NCBI GenBank assembly: GCA_951406725.2
Contig: OX597814.1
Span: forward strand, 157,666,001 to 157,730,000
Direction of reading: 5' to 3'
From: Octopus vulgaris
Taxonomy: Eukaryota
DNA length: 64,000 nucleotides
The notes beneath the pieces are model-generated. The model saw only the letters and a list, made by a program, of their open reading frames with translations. It was not told the DNA's origin and made no database searches. Positions 27,860 through 41,670 of this stretch are shown piece by piece. The position numbers and the translations under genes were made by a program. Position 1 is the stretch's first letter. Each line of letters starts with the position of its first letter.

Positions 27860-28190
27860 GTCCCTTATAACACTGTTTTCTTGAACTGTACTAAACTGGG
27901 TTTTAAGCTTGTTTATTTTATCCATCCTTTCAGATCTTTAGTGATAGTTCCCAGTGCACCTATAACTACTGTGATACATTTTACCCCCACTTTCCATAAT
28001 CTCTGTAATTTGATAGCTAGGGCCTGGTACGTTGCTATTTTTTCTATACTTTTCCTATTAATGTTTTCATCATTTGGTACTGTAACGTCAAGTATCTGGC
28101 ATATTCTATTCTCTTTATCTACTACGAAATCAGGCCTTCTAGCTTCTATTATTTTGTCAGTCTCAATGTTGAAGTCCCAGAAAATCGACC
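27860..28190 (-). mobile_element. Dong/R4-like REL fragment
   Basis: FWDFNIETDKIIEARRPDFVV...ILDVTVP...KIATYQAL...VVIGALG. Confidence 0.8.
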
Positions 28191-28535
28191 TCATGAGCAA
28201 AGCGGTTTTCTTCATTACAGTAATTCCAGTTCAATATAAATCTAGCTAGAAAGCAATATTTTGAGAAGACAAACAAAAACAAAAAAAAAAAAAATGGAGC
28301 AAGGGAATAATTTTAACTAACTTTCTTTGCCTCATGGCAAAGCACTCTTTTCATTATAGTAGTTCCAGTTCATGATGGGTATACTGAGCTTTGTATATTT
28401 CACCCCAGTATCACTTTGGTGCCATGCACTGCTCTCTCACTCAATAATAATGATAATAATAGTAATAATAACAACAACAACAACAACAATAATAATAATA
28501 ATAATAATAATAATAGAAGTAGTAGTAGTAGTAGC

Positions 28536-28585
<50 letters not shown>

Positions 28586-28699
28586 AAGAAGAAGAAGAAG
28601 AAGAAGAAGAAGAAGAAGAAGAAGAAGAAGAAGAAGAAGAAGAAGAAGAAGAAGAAGAAGAAGAAGAAGAAGAAGGAGGATGAGGAGGAGAAGGAGAAG

Positions 28700-30255
28700 A
28701 AGAAGGCTTGAGAATCAAATTGTGCAGCTCAAAAGAGTTTTAGGATGGATAAATACAATGATAAAAAGGAGAGGTTGAAAGAAAGGCTCAGGAAAGGACG
28801 GCAAAGAATCAGCAAAAGTCATAAGGGACAGTAAACAGTTAGAGAACGAGAACAAAGAAACCAAATCAGAGAAGGAGAAAAAATTATAGATGCCAACAGA
28901 GAACACATCAGTGACAGAAGAATAGGCTCTTCAAGAACAATGGACGAAAAATTCTATAAAACAACTGAACAAAGAAAAAGTATATTAGGGAAACGATATG
29001 CCAGATGCTTCAACAGCAAGAAAATTCTGGGCAGAAATCTGACTGTTAAGGGATTTCAAAGAGAAATGGAAGGTGGGAGGGCACAAGGAAATATATCTAT
29101 CACGGATAAGAGACTAAAGGGTATGTTGAAGAAAATACCAAACTGAAAACATCCCGAGACAGATGGTTTCCGTTGTTTCTGGCTTAAAACTTTACAAGTA
29201 TAACACCTATATACGACCATATTTTATTCATTACATAAAAAATGTAACACCAGCATGGATGACAAAAGGAAAGAGAGTACTGATCTAGAATGACAAAGAA
29301 AAGAGAGGGGAAGTCAGCAATTATTGACCTATTATTTGCTTACCACTGCTTAGGAAAGGAACATTAAGTGGCCTCACAGCGGATGTAGTATATAAATAAA
29401 AGTGAATATATTGCCAGAGAACAAAAAGAATGCAGAAAGAAATCAAATTTAACTGCTGATCTAATATATATATATGGTTTAACTATCTTCAGACAATATT
29501 AGCATCAACTGTGTTATTGTCTAAGGTGACTCACTTTCACCTCAAAATTTGTGCAGAAAATTGCTCTCGGCCTCATGCATGATACCCAGGTTGAGCGACC
29601 TTGGGAGAATGCGGCAACTCTTGTTAAAAACAGGTGAGATTAGCTGCAAAAAAGAGCACCAGCCATCGTCTGATAGGTGGGAGGAGAAACAGCTCTATGG
29701 CAAATATGTGACCCATAGCAAGCAAGGAACGTTTGATCGGAAGCTACCCATTAGTGGCTACGGATTTCAGGGCCAAAAGCAGAGAGTAAGGCTTCATCTT
29801 AGCTACTCAAGATCAAAGCATATCTACCAAACTACCAAACCAATGTGATGAAGAATATAGTAGATCCAAAATGCCTACTCTGCAATGATGTGATTGAAAC
29901 AGTGGACTACCTCAGCTCTGGATGTAAGGTCTTAGCACCGAAGAGTACAAATCAACACATGACAGATTTGGCCAGTATCTACATTGGTTGACATGTCGGC
30001 ATAATAAAATCAAAACTGCCTACAGTTGTGACTGAGGGAGAAAATGTAACGATTCTTGGGGACCTTTCAGTATAAACAGACCGAACCATCATAGCTAATA
30101 AAGCGGATATTGTAGAAGACAAAAACAATGATGTCTGTTTATTGATCGACATGAGTATTCCCTGTGATAATATCTCGGAAAAAGAATTCGCCAAGCTCAG
30201 TAAATATAAAGGTTTGCTCATTGAAATTGAAAAAATGGTATCTCAAGGCGGTTAC
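28700..30255 (+). mobile_element. Highly degraded Dong/R4-like fragments (at least two pieces)
   Basis: WEEKQLYGKYV; ANKADIV; IDMSIPCD...KLSKYKGLLIEIEKM matching the family at 52484. Confidence 0.65.
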
Positions 30256-30332
30256 CTTCGAACGACTTTTCCAAAAGTTTTGATATTCAAACTTTATGCC
30301 ACTCTGCTTTTAATAAGAAGGAAGTATTATTT

Positions 30333-30444
<112 letters not shown>

Positions 30445-30470
30445 TCATATAAACATGTAATAATATGATA

Positions 30471-30856
30471 TCTCTCTCTATATAAACGGCAGTTTGTCTG
30501 TGTGTGTTTCTGTGTGTCTGTTTGGTTGTATCCTCACCCTGACCACGGCTTTCAACCGATTCTGATGAAACTTGACACACACATAGCCCAATGTCATAAT
30601 TCAAAACTAACGCAGCGAAAATTTTGAAAAGTTCCCCCAGTTCTGAAAAGAATCGATAAATTCGACATGGGGTCGAGAATCAGAAACCCAAACCACAGAC
30701 TGTCTAGGGGACGCAACTCGACCTTTTTTAACTCTCAAAAAAAATTTTACCATCATTTTTTTTCCATTTTTTTGCTATTTTTTGGCTATAACTCTCTAAA
30801 AATGCTTTATAGTTATTTCCCTTACAAACCTGAGCAACGCCGGGCGATACTGCTAG
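30471..30856 (+). mobile_element. Non-autonomous Helitron-type element
   Basis: 5' TC..TATATAA start after A, internal GT-rich microsatellite, 3' hairpin CCTGAGCAACGCCGGG then CTAG|T. Confidence 0.75.
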
Positions 30857-31867
30857 TTAGGGATAAATATGAATAGCGTTCCATCCGTAGATTATTCTTC
30901 CTTTTATTAAATTTTGTTTAAAAACACGTTATTCCGGGGAGCCCTAGCATTTTTCAAATAGCCATACTGGGAGAAACACTGATTTAAAGCAGTCATCAGC
31001 GAAACGCCCTCTACATCCAATATGTTTTGTGATATTTGATGCTGCTGCAATATTTTTTTATATATTACCAGTTATTGTATATGATAATTAACTATTTTCT
31101 ATTGAAAGCCTCGAAGTAATTTATAGAAACAAACATGTTTTCTTAAGAAATATAAAGCTACATGTCACTTAACATATAAATCTGAGACACACAATGCTTA
31201 TAGATAACACATGTGCATAGACGGGCACTATATTTACACATGCACAGTACAAACAGAAATGTAGCCCCTATGTGGTTGATAGACATCTTGGAAATAACTA
31301 AATCGCTTTCAAACAAACATCCTGCTGCCTTAGGAAAAAATGACGAGGTTAGGTAGACAAAGATACGTTAGAGATTTAATATAAGTTGACATGACTACTG
31401 ATTAAATAACTTTAAGAATAATTATTTCAGGACATGTGTAACAAGATCCAAAACATGACCCTTTATATCGTCAATTCATCGATAAGCAATTGCAGCAGCA
31501 GGAATAGTTCCACAAATTGGTAGGAATTTCACAAATTTTTGGTAAAATCAATTTGGCAAAATTCCACAACTCTTTTTGAAGTAAGACATGCCCCCAAAAC
31601 AACGATTCTTATAGCTAAGTGAGTCTCTTAGCGTGACTGCAGGCAGAGAAATGTCTGGGATCCAGTGAGGATGTCTTATTTGCAAAAAGAAAAAAGTTTC
31701 AAATAACAAAACCCCATTAACTAAAAAAAAAACAGATGCCTACCTTACATTCGCGTTTTCAACTTTCTTCACTTCAAGACCGCTGCGATAATGTCTTGAC
31801 AGCATTCAGTGCAAAAACAACACTGACTCTCACTCACTTAGTAACCAGAGTTGGTTTGTTTTAATCT

Positions 31868-32020
31868 CTGTAACTTAGCAGTTTGGCAAACATTACCAAT
31901 AGAATAAGTATAAGACTTAAAGGAAACACTGGGATTGCTTTCTTTGAGTAAGCCTTTCAAGGTCGTACCTCAGCTTGGTCACAGTCAACTGACTGAAACA
32001 AGAGAAATATAAAAGATAGC
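31868..32020 (+). mobile_element. SINE 3' fragment
   Basis: Similar to 11370-11515 (TAACTT..TTGGCAAA..CCAATAGAATAAGTA..TGACTGAAACAAG). Confidence 0.65.
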
Positions 32021-32386
32021 ACATCAAGGATATCCAAGGGAAACAGCAAAGCCTGGTACGCTAGATGTTGCCCAATTAATGTCAAACACAAGTGCCATAT
32101 CACTCCAGCTCCTAATATGTAGGCAGTGATATGACACCCAGTTCATGATTGATATTTTTTTTATTGAACCGTGAAGGATACAAGATGAAGCAGATCTCAG
32201 CAAAATCTGAACACAACATAAAGTTGCAGCACTTGTTCCTGTTGCCATTTCTCTAGGGCTTCCGATAGCATCTTCAATTTTAAAAAGACACACATGTAAG
32301 ACGCCTTTCCTACAAGTATGTTTATCAAAGGTTGAAAGAAAATTAATATTATGCATAACACACACAAAGTATAGAAAACTACTCAC

Positions 32387-32735
32387 GGGTTTGTAACAGG
32401 ATGTAAATACTGTTTGCAGGAATATCAATGAATGATGAGGCACCAGGTAGTTGCTTGAGTTTACGCAGGATACATACTTTCTCGGAAACGCTGTAAATAA
32501 GCATACCACATTTGGAATATGTCGCACAAAGAGACAAGCACTCAGTTTGTGATTGGATGTTTGACATCTTAATCAACTTGTCAGCTTCTGGAATGGCAGT
32601 TACAGGAGGTGGAAGATAAGTCCCATAATATTCCCTGCTAGCTACATCACTGCCCACGCATACTAATAGCACTGAAAATGTAATTACGTGAAGATTTCCT
32701 CTTCGAATATCGTGACTCACTGGGAAGTAATTCAT
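32387..32735 (-). CDS. PAN/C-type lectin gene, exon 1 (signal peptide plus PAN/apple-like domain)
   Basis: ATG start; hydrophobic LHVITFSVLLVCVGS; C-x3-C-x5-C-x11-C pattern (ECLSLCATYSKCGMLIYSVSEKVCIL); GTGAGT donor at 32386, phase 1, in frame with exon 2. Linkage across the 27.5-kb intron is inferred. Confidence 0.78.
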
Positions 32736-32916
32736 ATTTCTTTATTATATTGTGATAAATAGCACTTCACACGGTTTCCGAGTAAGGGAATGATTGTCAC
32801 TTCTCGCACAGAATAAACTTTCTGTTCCTTGAATAATCGTCTCGTTTTTGTTTCTTGCTTTCTATGTTTTAAAATTGAAGTGAAAATGTTTCCGAAAACA
32901 AATTGAAAGGCGTGAT

Positions 32917-32955
32917 ACTGACTAGTAACTACTTCAAAACGCTGTGCAATATATA
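32917..32955 (-). promoter_or_regulatory. Possible core promoter of the lectin gene (TATA-like plus Inr)
   Basis: TATATATT at 32955-32948 and TCAGT at 32921-32917 on the minus strand, about 185 nt upstream of the ATG; spacing slightly long. Confidence 0.3.
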
Positions 32956-33152
32956 CGCGCCTGTGTGTGTGTGTGTGTGTGTGTGCGTGCGTTTACGAGT
33001 GCGTGCGTATGTGTGTATGCGTGCTTAGGTGTGTGTCTGCATGTATACGTACCTACAAGTTTATACTTGCAGTGTAGAGTGGTGTTGACAGATGAATTAT
33101 CTTTCGCTCTTTAAACACAAATGCACACAAAAGCATACTCATTTATGCGCAC

Positions 33153-33345
<193 letters not shown>

Positions 33346-33569
33346 AAAGGAGCAAAAATGCTGCAGAATCAGTATACACTACGTGGTAGCATTAGGAAGC
33401 GAAAATATGTAGGAAATATATATAAGAGGGGAAGATAAAGAGAAGTGCCTTGTGAAGTAATTACATTGTGAAGTAATCATTCCTTAAGTCAAAGGAATCA
33501 CGCCATTTTGGTTTTCTTGAAAAGTAAGAATGCATGGAGATAGTGGATAAAGGGAGGCAAGAGGGGACA

Positions 33570-34620
33570 ACTAACTCCTCAGCATTATTGAATAGTGGTA
33601 AATAAATTTGATTTTGAAATAGGAATGTGTAGGGATCAGGTGCTCAAGTTTGTATATGAAGGTGTACTTTTATATGAACAGGTTTCCCTTGTTTAGGCGT
33701 GCTTGTAAGGAGATTGAATCTTTGCATTGTTATAATGGAAAAATATGGAAATTCGGTATTTTATTTCTTTCGCATCTGTCAATATATTCGCTCAGAGCTA
33801 TCTGCCTCTATTAAGGAAAACGAATCTGTTCTTTATTCAGCGTAACTCTGCGTCTCAAAGTAAGGCTCGTTTGGCTCACATAATTGTGGTCACAACCTGA
33901 GCAGGTTAGAACATAAATTAGATTCTGGGAGGTACATGTGGAGTTGGTCTTAATTGAAAATTTCTCTCCTTGCTGGAGTGTCAATTATGAGCCTCCAGGG
34001 CATGAACCACAATTAGGTCGTCTGCATTTGTTAACTGTTGGTATCGTATGAGTTGAGTACAGCTTTGCATTTGTTAGGTGTCTCTTAAGTGATTTGTGTT
34101 GTATTTTGCATTTGAGGAGTTTATGTGTATTCAGTATGTTGTTCATTTTCGGGTCTTGAGTGCGCAAAAGGAGATTTTGTACAATTGTTTTGTATGCTTT
34201 ATTGACTCTGTGGTTGTGGGTTGATATGTGTGGGAGTGATTTAAAGTGAGGTGTGGTGTTTTGTTTTGTTGTCCTTAGTGTGTTTGTGTCCAATATTTTG
34301 GCACGTTTAATTCTATGGTCTATAAGTGCGGGTGGGTATTGACGTTCAATGAGTGTTATTTTGAGGTTTTGTAGGCGAAGTTTCCGAGTCGTTGTATCAG
34401 ATAGAGTTGTACAGATCATTTTTGATAGATTGAATGGGATATTTATTTTGGTGTGTTTAGGATGGCATCAGCTGAAAAGGAGATACTGTTTTGAGTCTGT
34501 TGGTTTGTGGCAGATGTCGGTTGCAATTTGGTTGATGGATTTTTTTATAATCAAAATGTGCAGAAATGGGAGCTGTTCATTGCCATATTCCATCGTAAAT
34601 TGAATATTGGAGTTTATAAT
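33570..34620 (-). mobile_element. Penelope-like element 3' fragment
   Basis: QFTMEY..LPFL, KPTDSKQYL, ERQYPPALID, CRRPNCGSC, NLIYVLTCSGCDHNYVSQT. Confidence 0.85.
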
Positions 34621-34908
34621 GATCGTTATTTAAAATACTGATCACATCAAGTGGCCAGCATGGGAATAAAAACCTTATAGGTAGTAGTTATTATCAAAAT
34701 TATAATTAAAGGTATCTAAAAAATACCACCATGCTAGAGATAGCAGTCAAAACTTGACTCTAAAACCATATCAAGTATTCCTAGAGTACCAGGTGAAAGG
34801 TCAAATAGACAAATAGCTATATAAATTGTGCTGATATACGCGTATGTATATGTACGAGTATATACGTATACATTTGTTTATATGTGTATGTATATATGTA
34901 TATATATG

Positions 34909-34999
<91 letters not shown>

Positions 35000-35228
35000 G
35001 TATATATATGTTTATATATGTATACATATATAGTGTACATGTATCGAGGTGATGAGTTATAGATATTAGTGAAGATGCCATATAGTACAAAATAAATTAA
35101 TTAAATAAAAATAAAATTAAAAAACAAAAAAATAGAAATAACCTAAAATAATAAGTGTAAAGAAAGAAGATAAGTAGGATAAAAATAAAATAATGGAACT
35201 GAAAGAAAAGATGTATATATGTAGAATA

Positions 35229-35515
35229 TTGTTTTTTATGCGCCCTTTTCAAGCCTAGCCAGGCTCATGGGCCCGGTTTCCCGGTTTTTATGGCGTATGT
35301 GTTCCCCCCCAGTTGGACGGGAAGCCAGTCCATTGCTGCGTTACTCAAGAAACAGGAAGAAAGAATCAGAGAAAGTCAGTGTCATGCCGGAGCCACGTGG
35401 TGCTTTAGGTGTTTTCGCTCAATAGACACACACAACGACCACTCTGGGAATCGAAACTGTGATCCTCCGACCGCGAGTCCGTTTCCCTAACCGCTGGGCC
35501 ATTGCGCCTCCACAA
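35229..35515 (-). mobile_element. tRNA-derived SINE with 10-bp target-site duplication
   Basis: Minus-strand head GTGGAGGCGCAATGGCCCAGCGGTTAGG...GTTTCGATTCCC (A and B boxes); ATGTAGAATA at 35219-35228 and 35516-35525. Confidence 0.85.
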
Positions 35516-35850
35516 ATGTAGAATACATATAGCATAAAATGTAAATAAAAAGATAAGTAATACTACTTAAATATGCAAGGGAAAATAATTATATAATGAA
35601 ATAAATTAAGGATAGATTAGATGATAAAATTTATTATTCATTTATTATCTCTATTGGTTTGTTAATAGATACGGTTCAGGAAAGCTACAGATGAGTAGCG
35701 ATCTCATCAATATGCGTCATATTTAAAATCAAGCATAGATGAAAGTTTGAAAAATTGATCGTTATAGTATGTATTTTCTAATACTTATAAATCGTTATTC
35801 ATCAATATATAAAAAAATACATATTCAAATTAAAACGTTTACACATTGGC

Positions 35851-35887
<37 letters not shown>

Positions 35888-35909
35888 CTCACAAGTATTT
35901 ATCTGCATA

Positions 35910-35953
<44 letters not shown>

Positions 35954-35957
35954 AGTA

Positions 35958-36100
35958 TTGAAAAATACCTTAGGAATGAGCACCCAGGTTCGAAATTACC
36001 CCAAGACACCTGATGAAGGTTGGAGGGTATATCAGTCGATATGTTGTGTTAACAACAAACAAGATGAGGACAAATAATCGTCAAATGTAAATAATGTAAA
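35958..36100 (+). mobile_element. Headless copy of the hammerhead-bearing SINE tail
   Basis: Matches 41670-41808; CTGATGA at 36010-36016 with degenerate GATA in place of GAAA. Confidence 0.7.
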
Positions 36101-36161
36101 TATTGCATACTTTGTTATTTTGTATTGTTGTTATTGGATTAGCGAAACAATTACGAGAACG

Positions 36162-36258
<97 letters not shown>

Positions 36259-36295
36259 TATATATTATTATTACTATTATTAATATTATTATTAT

Positions 36296-36848
36296 TGAGT
36301 GAGAGAGCAGTGCATGCCATCAAAGTGACACTGGGGTAAAATATACGAAGCCCAGCATACCCATCATGACTACCCGTCTGATAAAGGTACACCAGGCACA
36401 TGCATCACAACCATATGTGCGCGACATAGTGATCTCGTATCAAGATAAACAGCACATGACCTTGCAGGTGGGGCCCAGTTAGAATTCGGGTTGAGTAGCC
36501 CATCCCGCTCAAAAGGTCCCTGAATAAGGATTGTTTAAGGATGTTGAAAGAACCACCCATGTTTCCAGAGGTGAATTATTCAAACCCCAAAGAATCCCTC
36601 TCAACACATGGCTATGATGCTCCCCCATTACTTCTGCTCGTGATCAGAGATGCACATATCGTCAGCCACTAAGGGACATGCTCAACTGGTTAAGGTCAAA
36701 CAACGGACAAGCAAATCTGTGGTATTGAGCAGAATATTTGCTGTAGCCCATCTTTTATAACAAGACAAAACAATGTACATGATAACACTTCCAATCAGTT
36801 AAGATCAGAAGCCATGAGAGCCACTGCCTGGTACTGCATCAGGGCATT
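36296..36848 (-). mobile_element. Non-coding retroposon of about 550 bp in (TAA)n (same family as 26123-26700)
   Basis: Reverse complement of 26180-26700 plus complete 3' end; (TTA)n on both sides. Confidence 0.82.
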
Positions 36849-36859
36849 TATTATTATTA

Positions 36860-36906
<47 letters not shown>

Positions 36907-37080
36907 AATAGATATAGAACACCACTGAAAAATGCGAAAACCAAAAGAAGCAGCACATATGTTAGGACAAACAACCTCCTAAGCAGACCGAGTGCAGATA
37001 TGAGTTGCATATGGGAATCGGTATTAAGGAAGGATAGAAGATATTAAATTTATAAGCCCTAAAATTCACTCGATACTTGT

Positions 37081-37155
37081 CCACGTGTGGTGTAGGGGTT
37101 AAGAGCGCGGGCTACTAACCCCAAGATTCTGAGTTCGATTCCAGGCAGTGACCTG
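37081..37155 (+). mobile_element. tRNA-derived SINE head (probably continues at 41670 after a LINE insertion)
   Basis: A box TGGTGTAGGGG (37088), anticodon-like arm GGGCTACTAACCC, B box GTTCGATTCC (37133); runs directly into (TAA)n. Confidence 0.75.
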
Positions 37156-37183
37156 AATAATAATAATAATAATAATAATAAAG

Positions 37184-37250
<67 letters not shown>

Positions 37251-37251
37251 G

Positions 37252-37469
37252 GATTACACCGGGGACGTTAAATAAGGATTACACCGGGGACGTTAAACAT
37301 GATTACACCGGGGACGTTAAACATGATTACATCGGGGACGTTGAACATGGATTACACCGGGGACGTTAAACATGATTACACCGGGGACGTTAAACATGAT
37401 TATACCGGGGACGTTAAACATGATTACACCGGGGACGTTAATCATGATTACACCGGGGACGTTCAACAT
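37252..37469 (+). repeat. Tandem array, 9 copies of about 24 bp GATTACACCGGGGACGTTAAACAT
   Basis: Units start at 37252, 37277, 37301, 37325, 37350, 37374, 37398, 37422, 37446; no spacers. Confidence 0.95.
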
Positions 37470-40400
37470 GTGAGAGCGATAAAACAGTGCTCCGAAATCT
37501 ATCCACAAACATCGGAGACAAAGACATCGCATGGAGTTAAAAAATAACTGACAAAGGATTGGACTATATCCGAGTAAGTAATACTCATTGAAATTTATTA
37601 CTATTTCCAAAACGAAATGATTTATTTTAACTCGATATCATCTCCACCTCTAACACAACACATGTAAACATGCTTGATACATTACGATCCATCAACACCA
37701 GATCATATCCGGTCCCAAACACGATGTAAAAAAAAATTACGAATAAATTAAATAACACCGGTATTATTCAACCCAAGAATAACAATCGGGAAGTACGTAC
37801 TGTAAACTTACAACAGAAAATGTACGAAAAACTACACGTGTAAAACAATGTGACAACAGAAATGAACGGACCGGTACCCTACGAAAATGACGACCGTCAA
37901 AATAATGGGCCGGACGTTGTTCCTCATGTCCCGCAAATAAAACCCAAAAGACATAGATGGACACGTGAGGAATACATTTCTATCCTACACGCTTACTTTA
38001 CAGCTGTGCTCTACCCAAAGAATAAGAATACAACAACACATACATACAAAATTTGGAAGAAAAATAACATAAATAAAGAACGGGATACAACAATGAACCC
38101 TAATAAACTAGCATATATACGGAGATATATTTTCAACGCCAAAATATATCAGAAATAGAAATAGAACATTTAAAAGAAAAGTTACATCAGGAAAATGTAG
38201 ATAGAAGCCACACAACAATGCCAAATAATATAAACACTGAAACAGTAAAACACGAAGACAAACGTAACATTTCCAACAAAAAGGATGTAAACAAAAAACA
38301 ACAAACCCAGACCGTAAGGATACATAATAATACACGACAAACAGCATGCCAAAACACGACAAACAAACATACGGATGAGAAAGAAAGCGACACAAATCTA
38401 AAACCTGGAAACAACAAAGGGAGCCTAATGATTATGAAACTATAAAAAGTAGAATAATCAAAGAACTGAAAACCACAGAGCTCAAAATGGACCACCGACC
38501 ATACCTCCCAAAAATCAAAATAGACAAAACAACAACATCAATTATAAACAACATAAACCTAGCCGTCACGAAATTAATAGCCACTGAAACAAAAAGCGTT
38601 ATCACTGAGCTAAATGACTTAGTATACGCAGTAGCCACTGCAGCCACAAAAGAAGCTGGATACTCACTCAAACCCATCCAAAAAGGAGTACCACCATCCA
38701 AACAAACCCTGTGGATAAATATAATCCAAAACAAGATACCAAAGATGAGAAAAGATCTGTCGATTCTAAATGAAATCAGTAGACAATCAACGCTACTAAG
38801 CAACAAAAAGAAAACAAAAATACTCCTCAAATACAACACCACAGAAAAAGATTTACCTGAGATAACAGAAAAGCTGAAGCAAGATATCCTTGCCAAAGCA
38901 CAAAGAATCCGCCGGTACGAGAAACGCCTACGTTTCTTTGAAAAAACAGACAGTTCAACTCCAACCCCAAAAAGTTCTACCAAGAACTGGGCAAAAATAA
39001 AATAGAAATCACTGCAGCACCAACGGCAGAAGAAGTGGAAGAATTCTGGAGAGAAATATGGTCGGCGAACGAACGACCAAAAAAAAAAGAGTATTAAAAC
39101 AACAAACTCAGTATCTGAGCAACTTTGGACCCCCATAACAACTGAAGAGGTCACCCAGGCACTGCAAAGACTAAGCAACTGGAAGGCACCTGGGCATGAG
39201 AAGATCCCCAAATTCTGGTTGAAATATCTAACAGGAATGCACAAAAACCTGGCTGAAAACTTTAACAACATACTGGCAGAGCCAGAGACAATGCCTGAAT
39301 GGATCACGAAGGGGAAAACCATCTTAATTCTCAAATCAAATGAGACAGCAAAACCAGAAAACTACTGTCTCCCTACAATGTGCAAAGCATTTACTGCAGT
39401 AATATCGCAAAGATTGAACAAGCACCTAGACGAAAACAACCTGTATCCAGAAGAGCAGAAAGGATGCCGCAAAGGCTCATATGGCTGTAAAGATCAACTA
39501 ATGATCAATAAAGCCATAACTGAAGACAGCCACAGAAAGAAGAAAGGCCTCAGTATGGCTTGGATCGACTACAAAAAGGCGTGTTATAGCATACCCCACA
39601 CATGGATCCTCGAAACACTAGCCATGAACAAAGTTGCACCAACAATTATAAAGTACATAGGATACTCTATGAATAAATGGCAAACAGTGTTACAGCTCCA
39701 AACAAAAGAGGTACTTGTGAAAACCAAATTTATCCCCATTAGAAGAGGAATATTCCAGGGAGACACGCTCTCTCCACTCCTTTTCTGCTTGGCACTGTCA
39801 CCTCTATCGGATATGCTAAACAGAACTGGATGCGGATATAAATGTTACGGCAAAACGATCAGCCACCTTTTATATATGGATGACCTAAAACTATACGCTA
39901 CAAATAACAAACAGCTGGAAACACTACTAAAGACAGTTGATGGATTTACCAAAGAAATATATATGAAATTTAGATAAGAGAAATGCGCCAAAGTAACCCT
40001 GAAAAGAGGAAAACTAGTTAAGAGTAGCAACATCACACTAGATAAAACCAATGAAATAAAAGAACTATACCAGAACCAAACTTACAATTACTTAGGAATC
40101 CATGAACTAGATAAGACACAACACACAAAAATGAAAGAGAAAATAAAAGAAGAATATTATAGACGAGTTAGATCAATACTGAAAACAGAGCCCAATGCTA
40201 AAAACAAGATAATAGGTATCAACACTTTAGCCGTCCCAGTTATAAGTTACAGCTACAATATCCTTAACTGGACACTAAATGAACTGACCAAAATAGATAG
40301 GAAAACAAGAAAAATAATGATAGGATCTAGGATGCATCACCCAAAATCTGACATAGAAAGGCTATATATACAACATATAGAAGGTGGTAGAGGCCTTATA

Positions 40401-40592
40401 CAGCTGGAAAACTACTATAAAATAACCACCATAGGACTGCAAAAATATCTACTCCAGAAGGAAGGAAAACTGATAGAAATAGCGACAAAACACGAGCAAA
40501 ACAAAAACTGTTCTCAATATTTAAGGAAGCTGACATATACAAACAAGAAATCATACCACCTAACAAATATGAAGAAGAAGAAGAAGAAGAAG

Positions 40593-40624
<32 letters not shown>

Positions 40625-40651
40625 GTAGTAGTAGTAGTAGTAGAAGAAGAA

Positions 40652-40686
<35 letters not shown>

Positions 40687-41639
40687 AGAAGAAGAAGAAG
40701 AAGAAGAAGAAGAAGAAGAAGAAGAAGAAGAAGAAGAAGAAGAAGAAGAAGGAGGAGAAGAAGAAGAAACAACAGAAGCTATAAAACAAATGAAATCCAA
40801 ACTAAAAATAGAACAGCAAAGACCTATGATAAAACGATAGCAAGAAAAATCCCAATAATGTTTGAGAAGCTCAGGACTCAAAGCAGAGACAGAAGGATAA
40901 TTAATTGCAGCACAAGACGAAAGCCTCCCCACCAGAAATTACCAAAAACATGTAATGAAAAGAAATATAACAAATAACTGCAGAATATGTGGAGATGGAC
41001 AAGAAACAATAAATCATATTATCTCTGGCTGCCCAGTCCTGGCTAAGAAGGAATATATTCACAGACACGACAGATTTGGGACCTATATACACTGGAAACT
41101 ATGCCAACATTATGGAATAACAACAGAAAAAGGTGGTATAGGCACACACCAGAAAAGGTCACAGAAAATGAGAAAGCAAACATACTCTGGGATATGCCAA
41201 TACACACAGATAGAGAAATTAAGGCCAACAGACCAGATATAGTTGTCAGAGATCATGAAGAAAAAATTGCTTTCTAATTGATGTATCAATACCAGCGGAT
41301 GACAACGTGTCTCTAAAAGAAATGGAGAAACTTTCAAAATACAAAGACCTGGAAATAGAGGTAACCAGAATGTGGAATCTAAAAACAGAAACATTTCCTA
41401 TCATAATAGGTGCATTAGGCATGATAAAAAAATATTCAGACAAATACATAACAAAAACACCAGGACTTACAAACACATATAACATACAGAAAATTGCACT
41501 ACTAGGCACTGCACACATCCTACGCAGAACACTTTCCATACAATAACCATCAGAGCATCACAACAAATCACAGCACATACCTAAGGCACACAGAGCTGCG
41601 CTCGGTAGTGAAGTGAAAGCACGCTATGAAAATATACTA

Positions 41640-41642
<3 letters not shown>
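37470..41642 (+). mobile_element. Apparently full-length Dong/R4-like LINE (family A), ORF broken by frameshifts and a microsatellite
   Basis: RHRWTREE N-terminal motif; GIFQGDTLSPLLF, YMDDLKLY; CRICGDGQETINHIISGCPVL..RHD; RPD and KYKDL REL motifs; flanked by (TAA)n at 37156-37250 and 41643-41670. Confidence 0.93.

Positions 41643-41669
<27 letters not shown>

Positions 41670-41670
<1 letters not shown>

Noticed and set aside
32024-32527. 167-aa minus-strand ORF overlapping lectin exon 1
   Set aside because: Alternative frame running through the splice donor into intronic sequence; no recognisable domain
37081-37155. Functional tRNA gene
   Set aside because: No convincing acceptor stem or poly-T terminator; runs into a TAA tract, as expected for a SINE head
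37252-37469. CRISPR-like array
   Set aside because: Repeats abut with no unique spacers, there are no cas genes, and the context is eukaryotic
38432-39334. 300-aa minus-strand ORF
   Set aside because: Antisense shadow of the A-rich Dong LINE ORF
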